64,000 bases of DNA from an uncultured Christensenella sp. (GCA_910578145.1 CAJTPJ010000003.1:11556-75555); one strand, 5' to 3'. Shown: positions 26,001 to 34,921, numbered from the stretch's first letter. Translations and numbers: made by a program. Notes: generated by a model not told the origin, from the letters alone.

Positions 26001-26794
26001 AAAATCGCCCCCCTGTTGCCCGCGTCTTTATCGCTGAAACGGTTGGTTATAAGCGTTACTATAAATATAATTACAAGCAGTACCAGCGAAATCATAGAAC
26101 CGTTATGCCAATCGTAAGCGCTGAAATAACTGCCTATAAGGCTGCCCATAATGTACGTGCTGTTGTAAAGCATATCCAACACGACGTAATTGGTCATAGA
26201 AGGTAAAAGCACCATAGTAACGCCCGAAATTATACCGGGCACGGAAAGCGGCAAAGTTACCCTTAAAAATACGGTAAGTTTATTAGCGCCCAAATCGCTT
26301 GCCGCTTCCGTAAGGCTGTTATCCAGCTTTAAAAGCGAGGTATACAGCGGCAAAATCATAAACGGCAGAAAGTCGAAAGTCATTCCTATAACCGAATTTA
26401 AAAAGGGATAAGCCGAAATATTGCCCTCTAAAAATGATAAAATTTCTTTAAGCGCGGTTATTCTCAGCGTGAAATTTATCCACATAGGCAGGATAAACAG
26501 CAAAAGCAACACGTATTTCTTTTTAAACGGTCCGCGAGCAAGTATATACGCCGTGGGGTATGCTATAATCAGGCAAACGAGCGTAGTTACGGTTGCAAGC
26601 GCAAAGCTGTATAAAAGCGTGCCAAGCGTATTTGTGCTTGCAAAAAACGAAACGAAGTTGCCGAAAGTAAACTGCCCTTGCCCGTTGGTGAAAGCGTAGT
26701 AAACTATGACGAACAGCGGCGCTATAACGAAAAGAACTAAAAACACTGCGTATGGAATACAAAGCTGGCTTCTGTTAAACCTTAAACTTTTCAT
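25997..26794 (-). CDS. ABC transporter permease (PotB-like)
   Basis: 265 aa with the EAA loop TEAASDLGANKLTVFLRVTLPLSVPG. Confidence 0.85.
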   Translation of the reverse strand: MKSLRFNRSQLCIPYAVFLVLFVIAPLFVIVYYAFTNGQGQFTFGNFVSFFASTNTLGTLLYSFALATVTTLVCLIIAYPTAYILARGPFKKKYVLLLLFILPMWINFTLRITALKEILSFLEGNISAYPFLNSVIGMTFDFLPFMILPLYTSLLKLDNSLTEAASDLGANKLTVFLRVTLPLSVPGIISGVTMVLLPSMTNYVVLDMLYNSTYIMGSLIGSYFSAYDWHNGSMISLVLLVIIFIVTLITNRFSDKDAGNRGAIL

Positions 26795-28320
26795 AAAGCG
26801 CTATCCCCCGCCTTATCTTCCTGAGTAACTTTTAAAGTTATTTTTATTTTTTCCTTGGGGATAATAACGCCAACGAGGTCGCCCGTGTTCCATAAATCGG
26901 GGCAGGACAAAACGAAGTCCTCCTCGTTTTCTTCCGTTCTTACTATGTAGCGGTAGTGGTCGCCTTTATATATCATAGAAATAATGTTGCCCTGCGCGCC
27001 GCCTGCCGAAGTATCGTCGGTCATTTGGATGTCGTGGGTATCTACCTCAACGTCCACTTCAGTGCCCGTTAAATCAAGTTTTTCACCTTGCGCAGTTACG
27101 AGATATCCCTCTTCGTCCAACGTTGAACCCGCGTAAAGAGAGGTAACGTCGCATTCAAACACGCCGTCGCCAAACTCAACATCGTTGTTTTTGGTTATTA
27201 CGCCGTGGTATTTGTTAACCGTATACACCTTTTCCATAAGGTGAATTCCGTCCGGCTCTATCCTAAGCCCGATAGTACTGCCCACCGCGGCGGTATAGGT
27301 ACTTTGTATAACTATTTCAAACTTGCCTATCTGTACGGTTATTTCGTAATGCACGCCCTTGAATACCGAAGAAATTACCTTACCTTTAAGCTGACCTTCG
27401 GTAGGCGTGCAAATTTTTATATCTTCGGGGCGGACTACTACGTCCACGAGCTGGTTAATTTCGTAATCGTCCAAACAATCGAAAGTTGCGCCGCAGAATT
27501 TTACTTTAAGTTTTCCGACTACCGCGCCGTTGAAAATGTTGCTTTCGCCTATAAAGTCGGCAACGAAAGTGTTTACAGGCTCGTTATAAATTTCTGTGGG
27601 AGTGCCCGTCTGCTGAATTTCACCGTCGTTTATTACCACTATTTTATCGGACATAGACAACGCCTCTTCCTGGTCGTGCGTAACGTATATAAAAGTTATG
27701 CCAAGGCGTTTGTGCATTTTTTTAAGCTCAATCTGCATTTCCTTGCGCATTTTTAAATCGAGAGCGCCCAAAGGCTCGTCCAACAGCAATATTTCAGGCT
27801 CGTTGACGATAGCGCGCGCAATGGCAATACGCTGTTGCTGTCCGCCGGAAAGAGTGGAAACGCTGCGCTTTTCAAAGCCCTCCAAATCCACTATTTCAAG
27901 CGCGGTTTTAACTTTTTTATCAATTTCCGCTTTGGTTAATTTCTGCACCTTGACGTACTCGTCGCCGTTGGCGTTTTTATATTTGTTTTCTTTCTTTTTG
28001 AGCCTTAACCCAAACGCTATGTTTTCGTAAACGTTAAGGTGGGGAAAAAGCGCGTATTTTTGGAAAACGGTGTTTACGGGGCGCTTATTCGGCGGCAAAC
28101 GGCTTATATCTTCGCCGTTTAACAAAATTTTACCCGACGTCGGAATATCAAAGCCCGCAATCATACGCAAAGTTGTGGTTTTGCCGCAACCCGACGGACC
28201 TAAAAAGGTTACGAATTCGCCCTTTTTAACTTGAAGATTAAAGCAATCGACGGCTACGGTTTCGTCGTCGAATACTTTTCTTACATCGATAAGCTCGATA
28301 ATGTTTTCGCTTGTGCACAT
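26791..28320 (-). CDS. ABC transporter ATP-binding protein (PotA-like) with a long C-terminal extension
   Basis: GPSGCGKTT, LSGGQQQR, LLLDEPLGALD and a TOBE-like region, followed by about 140 additional C-terminal residues. There is also a K-rich insertion after LRLKKKENKYKNANGDEY. Confidence 0.88.
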   Translation of the reverse strand: MCTSENIIELIDVRKVFDDETVAVDCFNLQVKKGEFVTFLGPSGCGKTTTLRMIAGFDIPTSGKILLNGEDISRLPPNKRPVNTVFQKYALFPHLNVYENIAFGLRLKKKENKYKNANGDEYVKVQKLTKAEIDKKVKTALEIVDLEGFEKRSVSTLSGGQQQRIAIARAIVNEPEILLLDEPLGALDLKMRKEMQIELKKMHKRLGITFIYVTHDQEEALSMSDKIVVINDGEIQQTGTPTEIYNEPVNTFVADFIGESNIFNGAVVGKLKVKFCGATFDCLDDYEINQLVDVVVRPEDIKICTPTEGQLKGKVISSVFKGVHYEITVQIGKFEIVIQSTYTAAVGSTIGLRIEPDGIHLMEKVYTVNKYHGVITKNNDVEFGDGVFECDVTSLYAGSTLDEEGYLVTAQGEKLDLTGTEVDVEVDTHDIQMTDDTSAGGAQGNIISMIYKGDHYRYIVRTEENEEDFVLSCPDLWNTGDLVGVIIPKEKIKITLKVTQEDKAGDSAL

Positions 28321-28599
28321 AAACTTTTTCTCCTTAAAAACTTAAAAGACGACCCGATAAGGTCGTCTTTTTCCGTAAAAATGCACGGTTGTGCATATGT
28401 AACGCTTTTCTTGATTAATCTTTCAGAGTCTATATAGCAAATACTTTTACTACTCTTATTGACCGTTTCACAAGTGACGCCTATCAAGGCTTTGATTATA
28501 AAGTAATCAACTTATAAAATTTGAGCTTTTAACTCAATCAATAATGCGGATTTACCGCTTAAATATTTGTTATGACTTTGAAAGCCATTTGACGATAAA
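28321..28599 (-). promoter_or_regulatory. Long structured 5' leader of the pot operon ending in an intrinsic terminator (candidate attenuator/riboswitch, class unrecognised)
   Basis: The minus-strand RNA forms several hairpins: GCGG-UAAAU-CCGC, UUGAUUA-CUUUA-UAAUCAA and AUGCAC-AACC-GUGCAU. It then forms AAAAAGACGACC-UUAUCG-GGUCGUCUUUU followed by AAGUUUUU (28344-28372), directly before the AAGGAG RBS. Confidence 0.5.
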
Positions 28600-28628
28600 A
28601 GTATATACTACGCTAAAAATTTTGTCAA
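28600..28628 (-). promoter_or_regulatory. Sigma-70-type promoter of the pot operon
   Basis: On the minus strand: TTGACA (28628-28623), a 17-nt spacer, and TATACT (28605-28600). Confidence 0.65.
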
Positions 28629-29582
28629 TTATTTTTTTAATAAAAATTTTGCAATTTTTTGCATAACTTCCGCATCCTCTTCGGTAGCTGCGGAAAAGTT
28701 AATATCGTCCACGGGTTTGCCGGCGCGCAAAAGCGCCAACAGGCGGGCTAATTCTCGCTCGGCGGCAGGCGTATTATAAGGGTTGTGCGCCCTGCCCTCC
28801 ACCAATAATTTACTTACGTTTTCGCCGTTGCCCCCGTAATATGCTGCGTTGAACGCGGGAACCACTTCGTCTATATCGCCGTGAACCAAAAGCGTTTGCG
28901 CGCCGCTTTTTGCAATAGCCTTAACCGAATTTGCGTTCCCCTTTGCGCCAAACTTGAAAAAATTTATAAGGTACCAAAAGGGGCATAAAATTGCCGCGAA
29001 AGGCTTGCCTATTATTTTTTTAGCCGCGCCGTACACGGTTTTAACTGGCGTTACGGGCGCGCTTATCGCCACTACTTTTTCTACTTTTCTAAGCGCGGAA
29101 GCGCAAAGCGCCGAATAGCCGCCCCAGCTGTGCCCGACGAAATAAATTTTACAGTCGGGATAATTGCGTTTAGCAAAGTCGTAGGTCTGCACGGCGGAAT
29201 TAACTCCCTCGTACATACCCTTTATGCTTTTACCAGAGGAATGGTTGCAACCGAGGCTATCCATTGCAATCACGGTGTAACCGAGTTTGCAAAAATAAGC
29301 TATTTCGGTTACGTGCGCGATATGCCCTGGCCCCATACCGTGCAGAAAAATAATAATTTCGTCCTGCTTTTCGCAATTTTCAGCCGAATAAGCAAAGCCT
29401 TTAAGCCTGCCCGTTTGAATTTCGCGCGCGGTTAAATTAAAATCCTGCGCGGAAAAATATTTTAGTTTGGGATTTTTATCGCAACGCTTGCCGAAAGCAA
29501 TTACGTCGCAAATTATCGCAAATATAAATAACGTTAAAATTACAGCGGCGATTATAATCGGCGCTAACGTCCATAAAGGCAT
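28629..29582 (-). CDS. Membrane-anchored alpha/beta hydrolase
   Basis: N-terminal TM helix and a GHSWGG nucleophile elbow (GxSxG). 317 aa. Confidence 0.75.
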   Translation of the reverse strand: MPLWTLAPIIIAAVILTLFIFAIICDVIAFGKRCDKNPKLKYFSAQDFNLTAREIQTGRLKGFAYSAENCEKQDEIIIFLHGMGPGHIAHVTEIAYFCKLGYTVIAMDSLGCNHSSGKSIKGMYEGVNSAVQTYDFAKRNYPDCKIYFVGHSWGGYSALCASALRKVEKVVAISAPVTPVKTVYGAAKKIIGKPFAAILCPFWYLINFFKFGAKGNANSVKAIAKSGAQTLLVHGDIDEVVPAFNAAYYGGNGENVSKLLVEGRAHNPYNTPAAERELARLLALLRAGKPVDDINFSAATEEDAEVMQKIAKFLLKK

Positions 29583-29584
29583 AA

Positions 29585-31021
29585 TTAAACTATATACTTA
29601 TCTTCTGCTTCGGGAGCGGAATCCATTTCCTTTTTGTGCGCTTCGTAACCCTTTTTGCCAAGCAACGCAAACGTAGCTATTTTGCCGTTTTCAACGCCGG
29701 GCTGGTTAAACGTGTTTATGTTTAAAAGCGCGCCCGTGTATGCCGTTTGCAATTCCAAAAGGTACATAAGCTGACCAAGCGTAAAGGCGTTTACTTCGGG
29801 CATATTAATGGTGTAATTCATTCTGCCCGCGCGCATAAGCGCGTATGCGGTAGCCTTGTTTTCCGCCTGAATAAGCTCTTCCATACTGTGCCCGCCGAGG
29901 AAACCTACGTCGGGAATATCTTCGCAACCGTGCGCTATGGGCATTTCACAGCCGTACTTGCCCACGGATATAAACGTTATAACTTTGTCGTAAGGCCCCT
30001 CGATATAAAGCTGAACCTGCGAATGCTGGTCGGTTACGCCAAGCGATTTAACGGGGGTCGTGCCCGCATTTACCTTGTTGCCTGCGTAGTCAACCGCTTT
30101 GCCAAGCGATTCCGCCCAAAGCTGGCAGTACCAATCTGCTATAAGTTTAAGGTTGTCGGAATAGGGCATAAGCACGTTTACGTTTTTGCCTTCTTTCATA
30201 GTTATATACTGCAACACTGCGCAAGCAAGCGCGGGATTTCTTGCAATGGTGGGTTTGGAGCAAAGGCTATCCATATAAGCCGCACCCGCAAGCATACCCT
30301 TTATATCAATGCCAAGTACCGCCGCGGGGAGAAGCCCTACGGGGCAAAGCTCGGAAAATCTGCCGCCTACACCGTCGGGAAGCACGTATTTTTTAAATTT
30401 GCCGCCGTACTTTTCGTCAATTTTTATTAAATTGCAGCGGCTCGCGTCAGTGGTAAATATCATATGCTCGGGCAAAGACAGCCCTTTCTTTTCAAGCAAA
30501 TCGGCGATTATTAAAAATTGCGCCATAGTTTCGCTGGTTGCGCCCGACTTGGAAATTACGTTAAAGCAAGTTTCTTCGGGAACGATTACGTCTAAAAGCG
30601 CCTGCATTCTTACGGGGTCTACGTTATCTTCAACGTAAAACTTAGGTCCGCCGCGTTTTTTGGGCGAAAGCTCGTTATAACGTAAATGTTTTAAAGCGTT
30701 AAACGCCATTATAGGACCGAGCGCGCTGCCGCCTATTCCGAGGACTACGAAATATTTAAATTTCTTTCTGACCTGCTTAGCGGTGGCAACGATATCCGCC
30801 ACTATTTCGTCTTGATTATACGGCAATTCCGTCCAGCCCATAAAAAGTTCGTCTTTACCGCGGTTTGCCGCAACATAGTCAAACGCGGACTGCGCGCTGT
30901 CTTTCATTGCGCGAAGCTGCGCGTCGGTGATACCTTTATCGCCGAGCGTATGCGAAGTCATATAGTTGTAATCTACCGTGACGCGCATCTGCGAGCGCCA
31001 CTCTTTGGTCTTATAAGCCAT
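29585..31021 (-). CDS. pgi: Glucose-6-phosphate isomerase
   Basis: 478 aa containing GIGGSALGP, SKSGATSET and VTDQHSQVQLY, the PGI signatures. A GGAGG SD lies 6 nt upstream of the ATG at 31021. Confidence 0.92.
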   Translation of the reverse strand: MAYKTKEWRSQMRVTVDYNYMTSHTLGDKGITDAQLRAMKDSAQSAFDYVAANRGKDELFMGWTELPYNQDEIVADIVATAKQVRKKFKYFVVLGIGGSALGPIMAFNALKHLRYNELSPKKRGGPKFYVEDNVDPVRMQALLDVIVPEETCFNVISKSGATSETMAQFLIIADLLEKKGLSLPEHMIFTTDASRCNLIKIDEKYGGKFKKYVLPDGVGGRFSELCPVGLLPAAVLGIDIKGMLAGAAYMDSLCSKPTIARNPALACAVLQYITMKEGKNVNVLMPYSDNLKLIADWYCQLWAESLGKAVDYAGNKVNAGTTPVKSLGVTDQHSQVQLYIEGPYDKVITFISVGKYGCEMPIAHGCEDIPDVGFLGGHSMEELIQAENKATAYALMRAGRMNYTINMPEVNAFTLGQLMYLLELQTAYTGALLNINTFNQPGVENGKIATFALLGKKGYEAHKKEMDSAPEAEDKYIV

Positions 31022-31116
31022 TTTTACCTCCGTTCCTCTTAAATTCGTTACAGCGTAAATTATAACTCATTAAAAAAATTTAGTCAACAGAAGTTATATA
31101 AAAATAACGCAAGCGC

Positions 31117-31146
31117 TTTACAAAACTTTTGTTCAAGTGTTACAAT
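31117..31146 (+). promoter_or_regulatory. Putative extended -10 promoter of the helicase gene
   Basis: TTTACA, an 18-nt spacer, then TGT-TACAAT. The -10 element ends 6 nt before the ATG at 31153, which implies a leaderless or near-leaderless mRNA. Confidence 0.4.
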
Positions 31147-31152
31147 AATCTT

Positions 31153-32367
31153 ATGCACGAAGAGCTTACCGCCGACCAAATTACGGCTGAAAAATTAATA
31201 GAAGATTGGTTTTTGCATTCTACGCGGCAAACTTTCGTGCTTGCGGGGTATGCGGGCACGGGCAAAACCACACTTTTAAAGCACGCCGTAATAAACGTAT
31301 TGGGGCTTACGCCCGATTTAAGCGCCGCGTTCGTAACGCCCACGGGCAAGGCGGCTACCGTGCTGATACGCTCCGGCATACGCGCCACCACTTTACACAA
31401 ACTTATTTACCAATCGATAACCGAGCAAGCCGAAGTTGAAGTTAACGGCAAAAAAATAACCGTTGAAAAACTCAAATTTAAACGGCGGGAAAGTATTGAC
31501 AAAAGCATTAAACTTATCGTTTTGGACGAGGCTTCTATGGTTTCCGACGAAGTGCTTATGGACATTGCGGACTTCGGCGTTAAAATGCTTTTATGCGGCG
31601 ACAACGCGCAACTTCCGCCCGTGGAGGGATTTAACGGATTTCTTACCTCGCCCGATTACACGCTTAAAACCATAGTAAGGCAAAATTTGGGCAACCCGAT
31701 AATAACTCTTTCGCAAATGGCGCGCGAGGGGCAATATATTCCTTACGGGCGCTACGGCGACTGTGCGGCGGTGGTTTCAAAGCGGTTGTTTACGGGGGAA
31801 AGACGTAAAAATTATTTAACGAGAGCCGACCAAATTATATGCGGGCTTAACAAGACGAGGACGCTTATAAACGAGGAAATGCGCGCCGCGCTGGGGTTTG
31901 ACGGCTTGCCCAAGGACGGGGAAAAGTTAATTTGCACGCAAAATAATTGGGAAACGTTTATCGATGACGAGTTGCGGTTTAATTTGGTAAACGGAATTAT
32001 AGGCACGGTGATAGACCCCTTTTACGACGTTAACAACGCTATGGGGTTTATACAGTTTAAACCCGATTTTTTAGAAGAGAACTGCCCCGAAGCCCTGCCG
32101 TTGGACGCGGGGATTTTTATGGACGGGTACTACCGCTATAAACGCGGGGATTATTTTGAAAAGTTTGACGAAAACGGCGAGGCGGCGGGCGCGTTTACGC
32201 TTAACCGTTTTGAGTTCGGCTATTGTATTTCCTGCCATAAAGCGCAGGGAAGCGAGTTTGACAGCGTAGTAGTTTTCGACGAGGCATACGCTTTTAAGGA
32301 AGATAAAAACCGCTGGTTATACACCGCTATTACCCGCGCTAAGAAAAAACTTATTTTGGTAAGATAA
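31153..32367 (+). CDS. SF1B RecD/Dda/Pif1-like ATP-dependent DNA helicase (short, stand-alone)
   Basis: GYAGTGKTT Walker A, VLDEASMV Walker B, and C-terminal SCHKAQGSEFDSVVV and LYTAITRAKKKL motifs. The start is uncertain: the track gives TTG at 31129, and I prefer the ATG at 31153. Neither has an SD. Confidence 0.8.
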   Translation: MHEELTADQITAEKLIEDWFLHSTRQTFVLAGYAGTGKTTLLKHAVINVLGLTPDLSAAFVTPTGKAATVLIRSGIRATTLHKLIYQSITEQAEVEVNGKKITVEKLKFKRRESIDKSIKLIVLDEASMVSDEVLMDIADFGVKMLLCGDNAQLPPVEGFNGFLTSPDYTLKTIVRQNLGNPIITLSQMAREGQYIPYGRYGDCAAVVSKRLFTGERRKNYLTRADQIICGLNKTRTLINEEMRAALGFDGLPKDGEKLICTQNNWETFIDDELRFNLVNGIIGTVIDPFYDVNNAMGFIQFKPDFLEENCPEALPLDAGIFMDGYYRYKRGDYFEKFDENGEAAGAFTLNRFEFGYCISCHKAQGSEFDSVVVFDEAYAFKEDKNRWLYTAITRAKKKLILVR

Positions 32368-32395
32368 AAAACCTTTCCGTTTGGAAAGGTTTTTA
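32366..32395. terminator. Bidirectional intrinsic terminator between the convergent helicase and DeoC-like genes
   Basis: AAAAACCTTTCC-GTTT-GGAAAGGTTTTT, with an A-tract on one side and a T-tract on the other. Confidence 0.8.
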
Positions 32396-32408
32396 TAATT
32401 AATTACGG

Positions 32409-33152
32409 CTAAATTTCCGCTTCGGCGGCGGTCATAATTGCGCGGGCTACGTCCGCGGCGTTTTTACTGCCAACTACCGTTGCGCCCATATCTATGCTGC
32501 TGCTCATTTCCAGCACCGTTGCAACGCCTTCGGACTTTATAGTGCATTTATCCTTTACAGCGGCTTTAACGGCGGCAATGCTTTCTATGCCGTTGGAGCC
32601 TGAAAGTCGAATTGAGTTTACGCGGCATTCAGCTGCAATTAAACAAGCGCGTTTAATTTCTTCAACGGTAAGCATATTGCACTGCAAATCTATGCGCAAA
32701 GATTTGTTTTTGGTTGCCGAACGCAGTTTTCTGAATTCCTTTCTCACGTAGGAAAAATTTCCTTCGCGGATATGCGCGGTAGGGGCAGTAACTTCCGCCT
32801 CGTCTGCGCCGTCCTTTATGGCGCGTTTCACCGCCTTTACTTTAATTTCGGTAACGTCGCCGCCGCGGGGTGCGCCCACGCACGCAACCAAACTGCATTT
32901 GCGTTGCATTCCCAAGTAAACCGCGCACTGTTTTACGAAACACGGCATAGCGCAAACCGCGCCAAGCCCAAGTGAATTTGCGTCCGTGCAGGCAGTTTTA
33001 AGGTAGTTTAGCCCTGCTTTTTCGTCTGCGAGGTCGTACTCTAACTTTTTAATTTGCGCCCGCGCCGCTTCGTTGTTTATTTTGCGCCTGAACTGCGTGT
33101 ATAACAGTTTTTCGTTGGGTGTGATTTGTGCGTTTTTAGTTGCTGTATCCAT
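32409..33152 (-). CDS. DeoC/LacD-type class I aldolase-like protein, apparently lacking the Schiff-base lysine
   Basis: A by-eye alignment to deoxyribose-phosphate aldolase pairs GADEAEV with GADE.D.V, LRIDLQ..LTVEEI with LKVIIE..LT.EE, VNSIRLSGSNG with ADFVKTSTGF, and CTIKSEGVAT with VGVKASGGVRT. GATVVGS pairs with GATRIGTS. Confidence 0.55.
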   Translation of the reverse strand: MDTATKNAQITPNEKLLYTQFRRKINNEAARAQIKKLEYDLADEKAGLNYLKTACTDANSLGLGAVCAMPCFVKQCAVYLGMQRKCSLVACVGAPRGGDVTEIKVKAVKRAIKDGADEAEVTAPTAHIREGNFSYVRKEFRKLRSATKNKSLRIDLQCNMLTVEEIKRACLIAAECRVNSIRLSGSNGIESIAAVKAAVKDKCTIKSEGVATVLEMSSSIDMGATVVGSKNAADVARAIMTAAEAEI

Positions 33153-33330
33153 AAAAAATTACCTTTTCCACAAAAATATTACAAAATATTGTTTAACGCT
33201 TCCCTTAAAATTTAAGTATGTTTATGGGAATTTTATATTTGTTGTTGACTTTTTTAATTTGTTTTATTCTCGTGCATTTAGCAAAACTTGCTTATCTTGG
33301 GATTATTTTTCTAAAAAAGCCGCCGACGGA

Positions 33331-33368
33331 AGAAAAAAAACCGACCCCGCAAGCCAAAGCGGAGCCGG
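33331..33368 (-). terminator. Probable intrinsic terminator of the nadD-yqeK-rsfS transcript
   Basis: The minus-strand RNA forms an imperfect GC-rich hairpin, CCGGCUCCGC-UUUGGCUU-GCGGGGUCGG, followed by U8. Confidence 0.45.
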
Positions 33369-33447
33369 TGTATTATATAGTTGAAAAAAAGCGGGCGCGG
33401 AAAGCAAATTATTCCGAGCCGAAAGAAATAAAGTTTAAGGAAAAAGT

Positions 33448-33798
33448 TTAACCCTCGAACCTTACCAAATTTTCGCCGTCTTCCCAAAGCCGTTCAAGGT
33501 TGTAAAAGTCGCGTTCTTCGTCGCCGAAAATATGGACTATTACGTCGGCATAATCCAAAACCGCCCATCTGCCTTCGCGTATGCCTTCCTTGCGGCGGGG
33601 AGTAAGCCCGTGTTCTTTTTCCAGCATTTCGTCAAGATTTTCGCCAAGCGATTTCACCATTGTTTTGGACGAACCGCCCGCAACCACGAAATAGTCGCAA
33701 AGGCTGGTTTTGTGCTCTACCGCAATGTAAACTATGCCCTTAGCTTTTTTGGACGAAAGATATTTACAGATTAAAAGTGCTTTTTCTTTACTTGTCAT
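33448..33798 (-). CDS. rsfS: Ribosome silencing factor RsfS
   Basis: 116 aa. It contains DYFVVAGGSS..MVKSL...L, W.VLDYADVIVHIF and R.FYNLERLW, the canonical RsfS/IojAP motifs. Confidence 0.92.
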   Translation of the reverse strand: MTSKEKALLICKYLSSKKAKGIVYIAVEHKTSLCDYFVVAGGSSKTMVKSLGENLDEMLEKEHGLTPRRKEGIREGRWAVLDYADVIVHIFGDEERDFYNLERLWEDGENLVRFEG

Positions 33799-34921
33799 TT
33801 TTTTCCTCTTTTAAATAATTATAAGCGCGTTGGGTAAGCGCGCAAACGTTACCTTTTGATTTTAAATAGTTTATTTGGCGTTCAAGCGCGGCAAAAAGAC
33901 AATCGTCAAGGCTGCGCTTAAATATTTTGCGTAGTTTTTCCACTCCGTCGAAATCCCGCCCGTCCTCTAAAAGGTCGGCAAGAAATATAAGTTTTTCAAG
34001 CGCGCACATATTTTCCCTGCCCGTAGTGTGGTAACGGATTGCGTTTAATATATGCTCGTCCTTAATGCCGAAAGTGCGCTCCGCCATATATGCGCCAGCA
34101 AATTGATGAACTACGGGCGGCGGCACGTCGGCAGGCGGGGTAAACCCGTTTAGTTCGGGGGCGTTTTCCGAAAGATATTTGGCGCAATCGTGCAAAGCCG
34201 CTGCTGTTACTGCGTCAATTTCGTAAACGCCGCTACGCCTTGAATACGCCGCGGCGGTTTGAGCTACGCGCACGGTATGCTCCCACCGCTCTTGCGTTAA
34301 ATATTTTTTAACCGCCAACAGCTCCGGCAAAAGATATAGCTCCTGTTTTTTAATATACAGACGCACGCTTTCCGGCACGAACGCGCCGACGTCCTCGCCA
34401 AGCGCCGCCGCAGCGCGCACCTTGGTTGAACTTACGGCTTTGCCCACGTAACCGAAATCAACAGTTTCGCTTTTAAACGTGCGTTGAAAGTCTTTTATTA
34501 GTTTTGAAAGCTGCTCTTTATCCTCGCGCGCGCAAACGGCAAGAGTTACGCATTTTAAAATTTCCAGCGGCTCTTTCCAAAAGCGAAAAGATTGCAACAT
34601 ATCCGCGCCTAAAATAAAATACAACTCGTCGTCCTTATACAGTTTTTTAAAGTGACGGCAGGTAACGTACGAATAACTTATCCCGCCGCGCTTTAACTCG
34701 TAATCCGAAACTTCAACTTCAGGCAAGCCGCAAAAAGCCAAGCGGCAGAGTTGCAACCTGTCTTTGCCGCGCGCCGTCATACAGCCTTTTTTATGCGGTG
34801 AAATTGCGGTTGGCACCACTATTATTTTGTCCAGCCCCAACTGCGTTATAGCCGCGCGCGCGATATTTATATGCTCGTTGTGAACGGGGTTGAAAGCCCC
34901 GCCGTATATTGCGATTTTCAT
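33788..34921 (-). CDS. nadD/yqeK: Fused nicotinate-nucleotide adenylyltransferase NadD (N-terminal) / YqeK-type HD phosphohydrolase (C-terminal)
   Basis: The N-terminal half has IAIYGGAFNPVHNEH...SSTKVR (NadD). The C-terminal half has RWEHTVRVAQTA...ALHDCAK...HTTG (YqeK HD domain). It is one uninterrupted 377-aa ORF. Confidence 0.85.
   Translation of the reverse strand: MKIAIYGGAFNPVHNEHINIARAAITQLGLDKIIVVPTAISPHKKGCMTARGKDRLQLCRLAFCGLPEVEVSDYELKRGGISYSYVTCRHFKKLYKDDELYFILGADMLQSFRFWKEPLEILKCVTLAVCAREDKEQLSKLIKDFQRTFKSETVDFGYVGKAVSSTKVRAAAALGEDVGAFVPESVRLYIKKQELYLLPELLAVKKYLTQERWEHTVRVAQTAAAYSRRSGVYEIDAVTAAALHDCAKYLSENAPELNGFTPPADVPPPVVHQFAGAYMAERTFGIKDEHILNAIRYHTTGRENMCALEKLIFLADLLEDGRDFDGVEKLRKIFKRSLDDCLFAALERQINYLKSKGNVCALTQRAYNYLKEEKNDK

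Noticed and set aside
33218-33451. 77-aa plus-strand ORF (MFMGILYLLLTFLICFILV...KKPTPQAKAEPVYY...) that looks like a small TM protein with a K/E-rich tail.
   Set aside because: It has no SD before either ATG. The hydrophobic N-terminus is encoded by a T-rich promoter-like stretch. The ORF contains what looks like the minus-strand terminator of the rsfS operon (33331-33368), and it overlaps the rsfS stop. It could be real, but I cannot support it.
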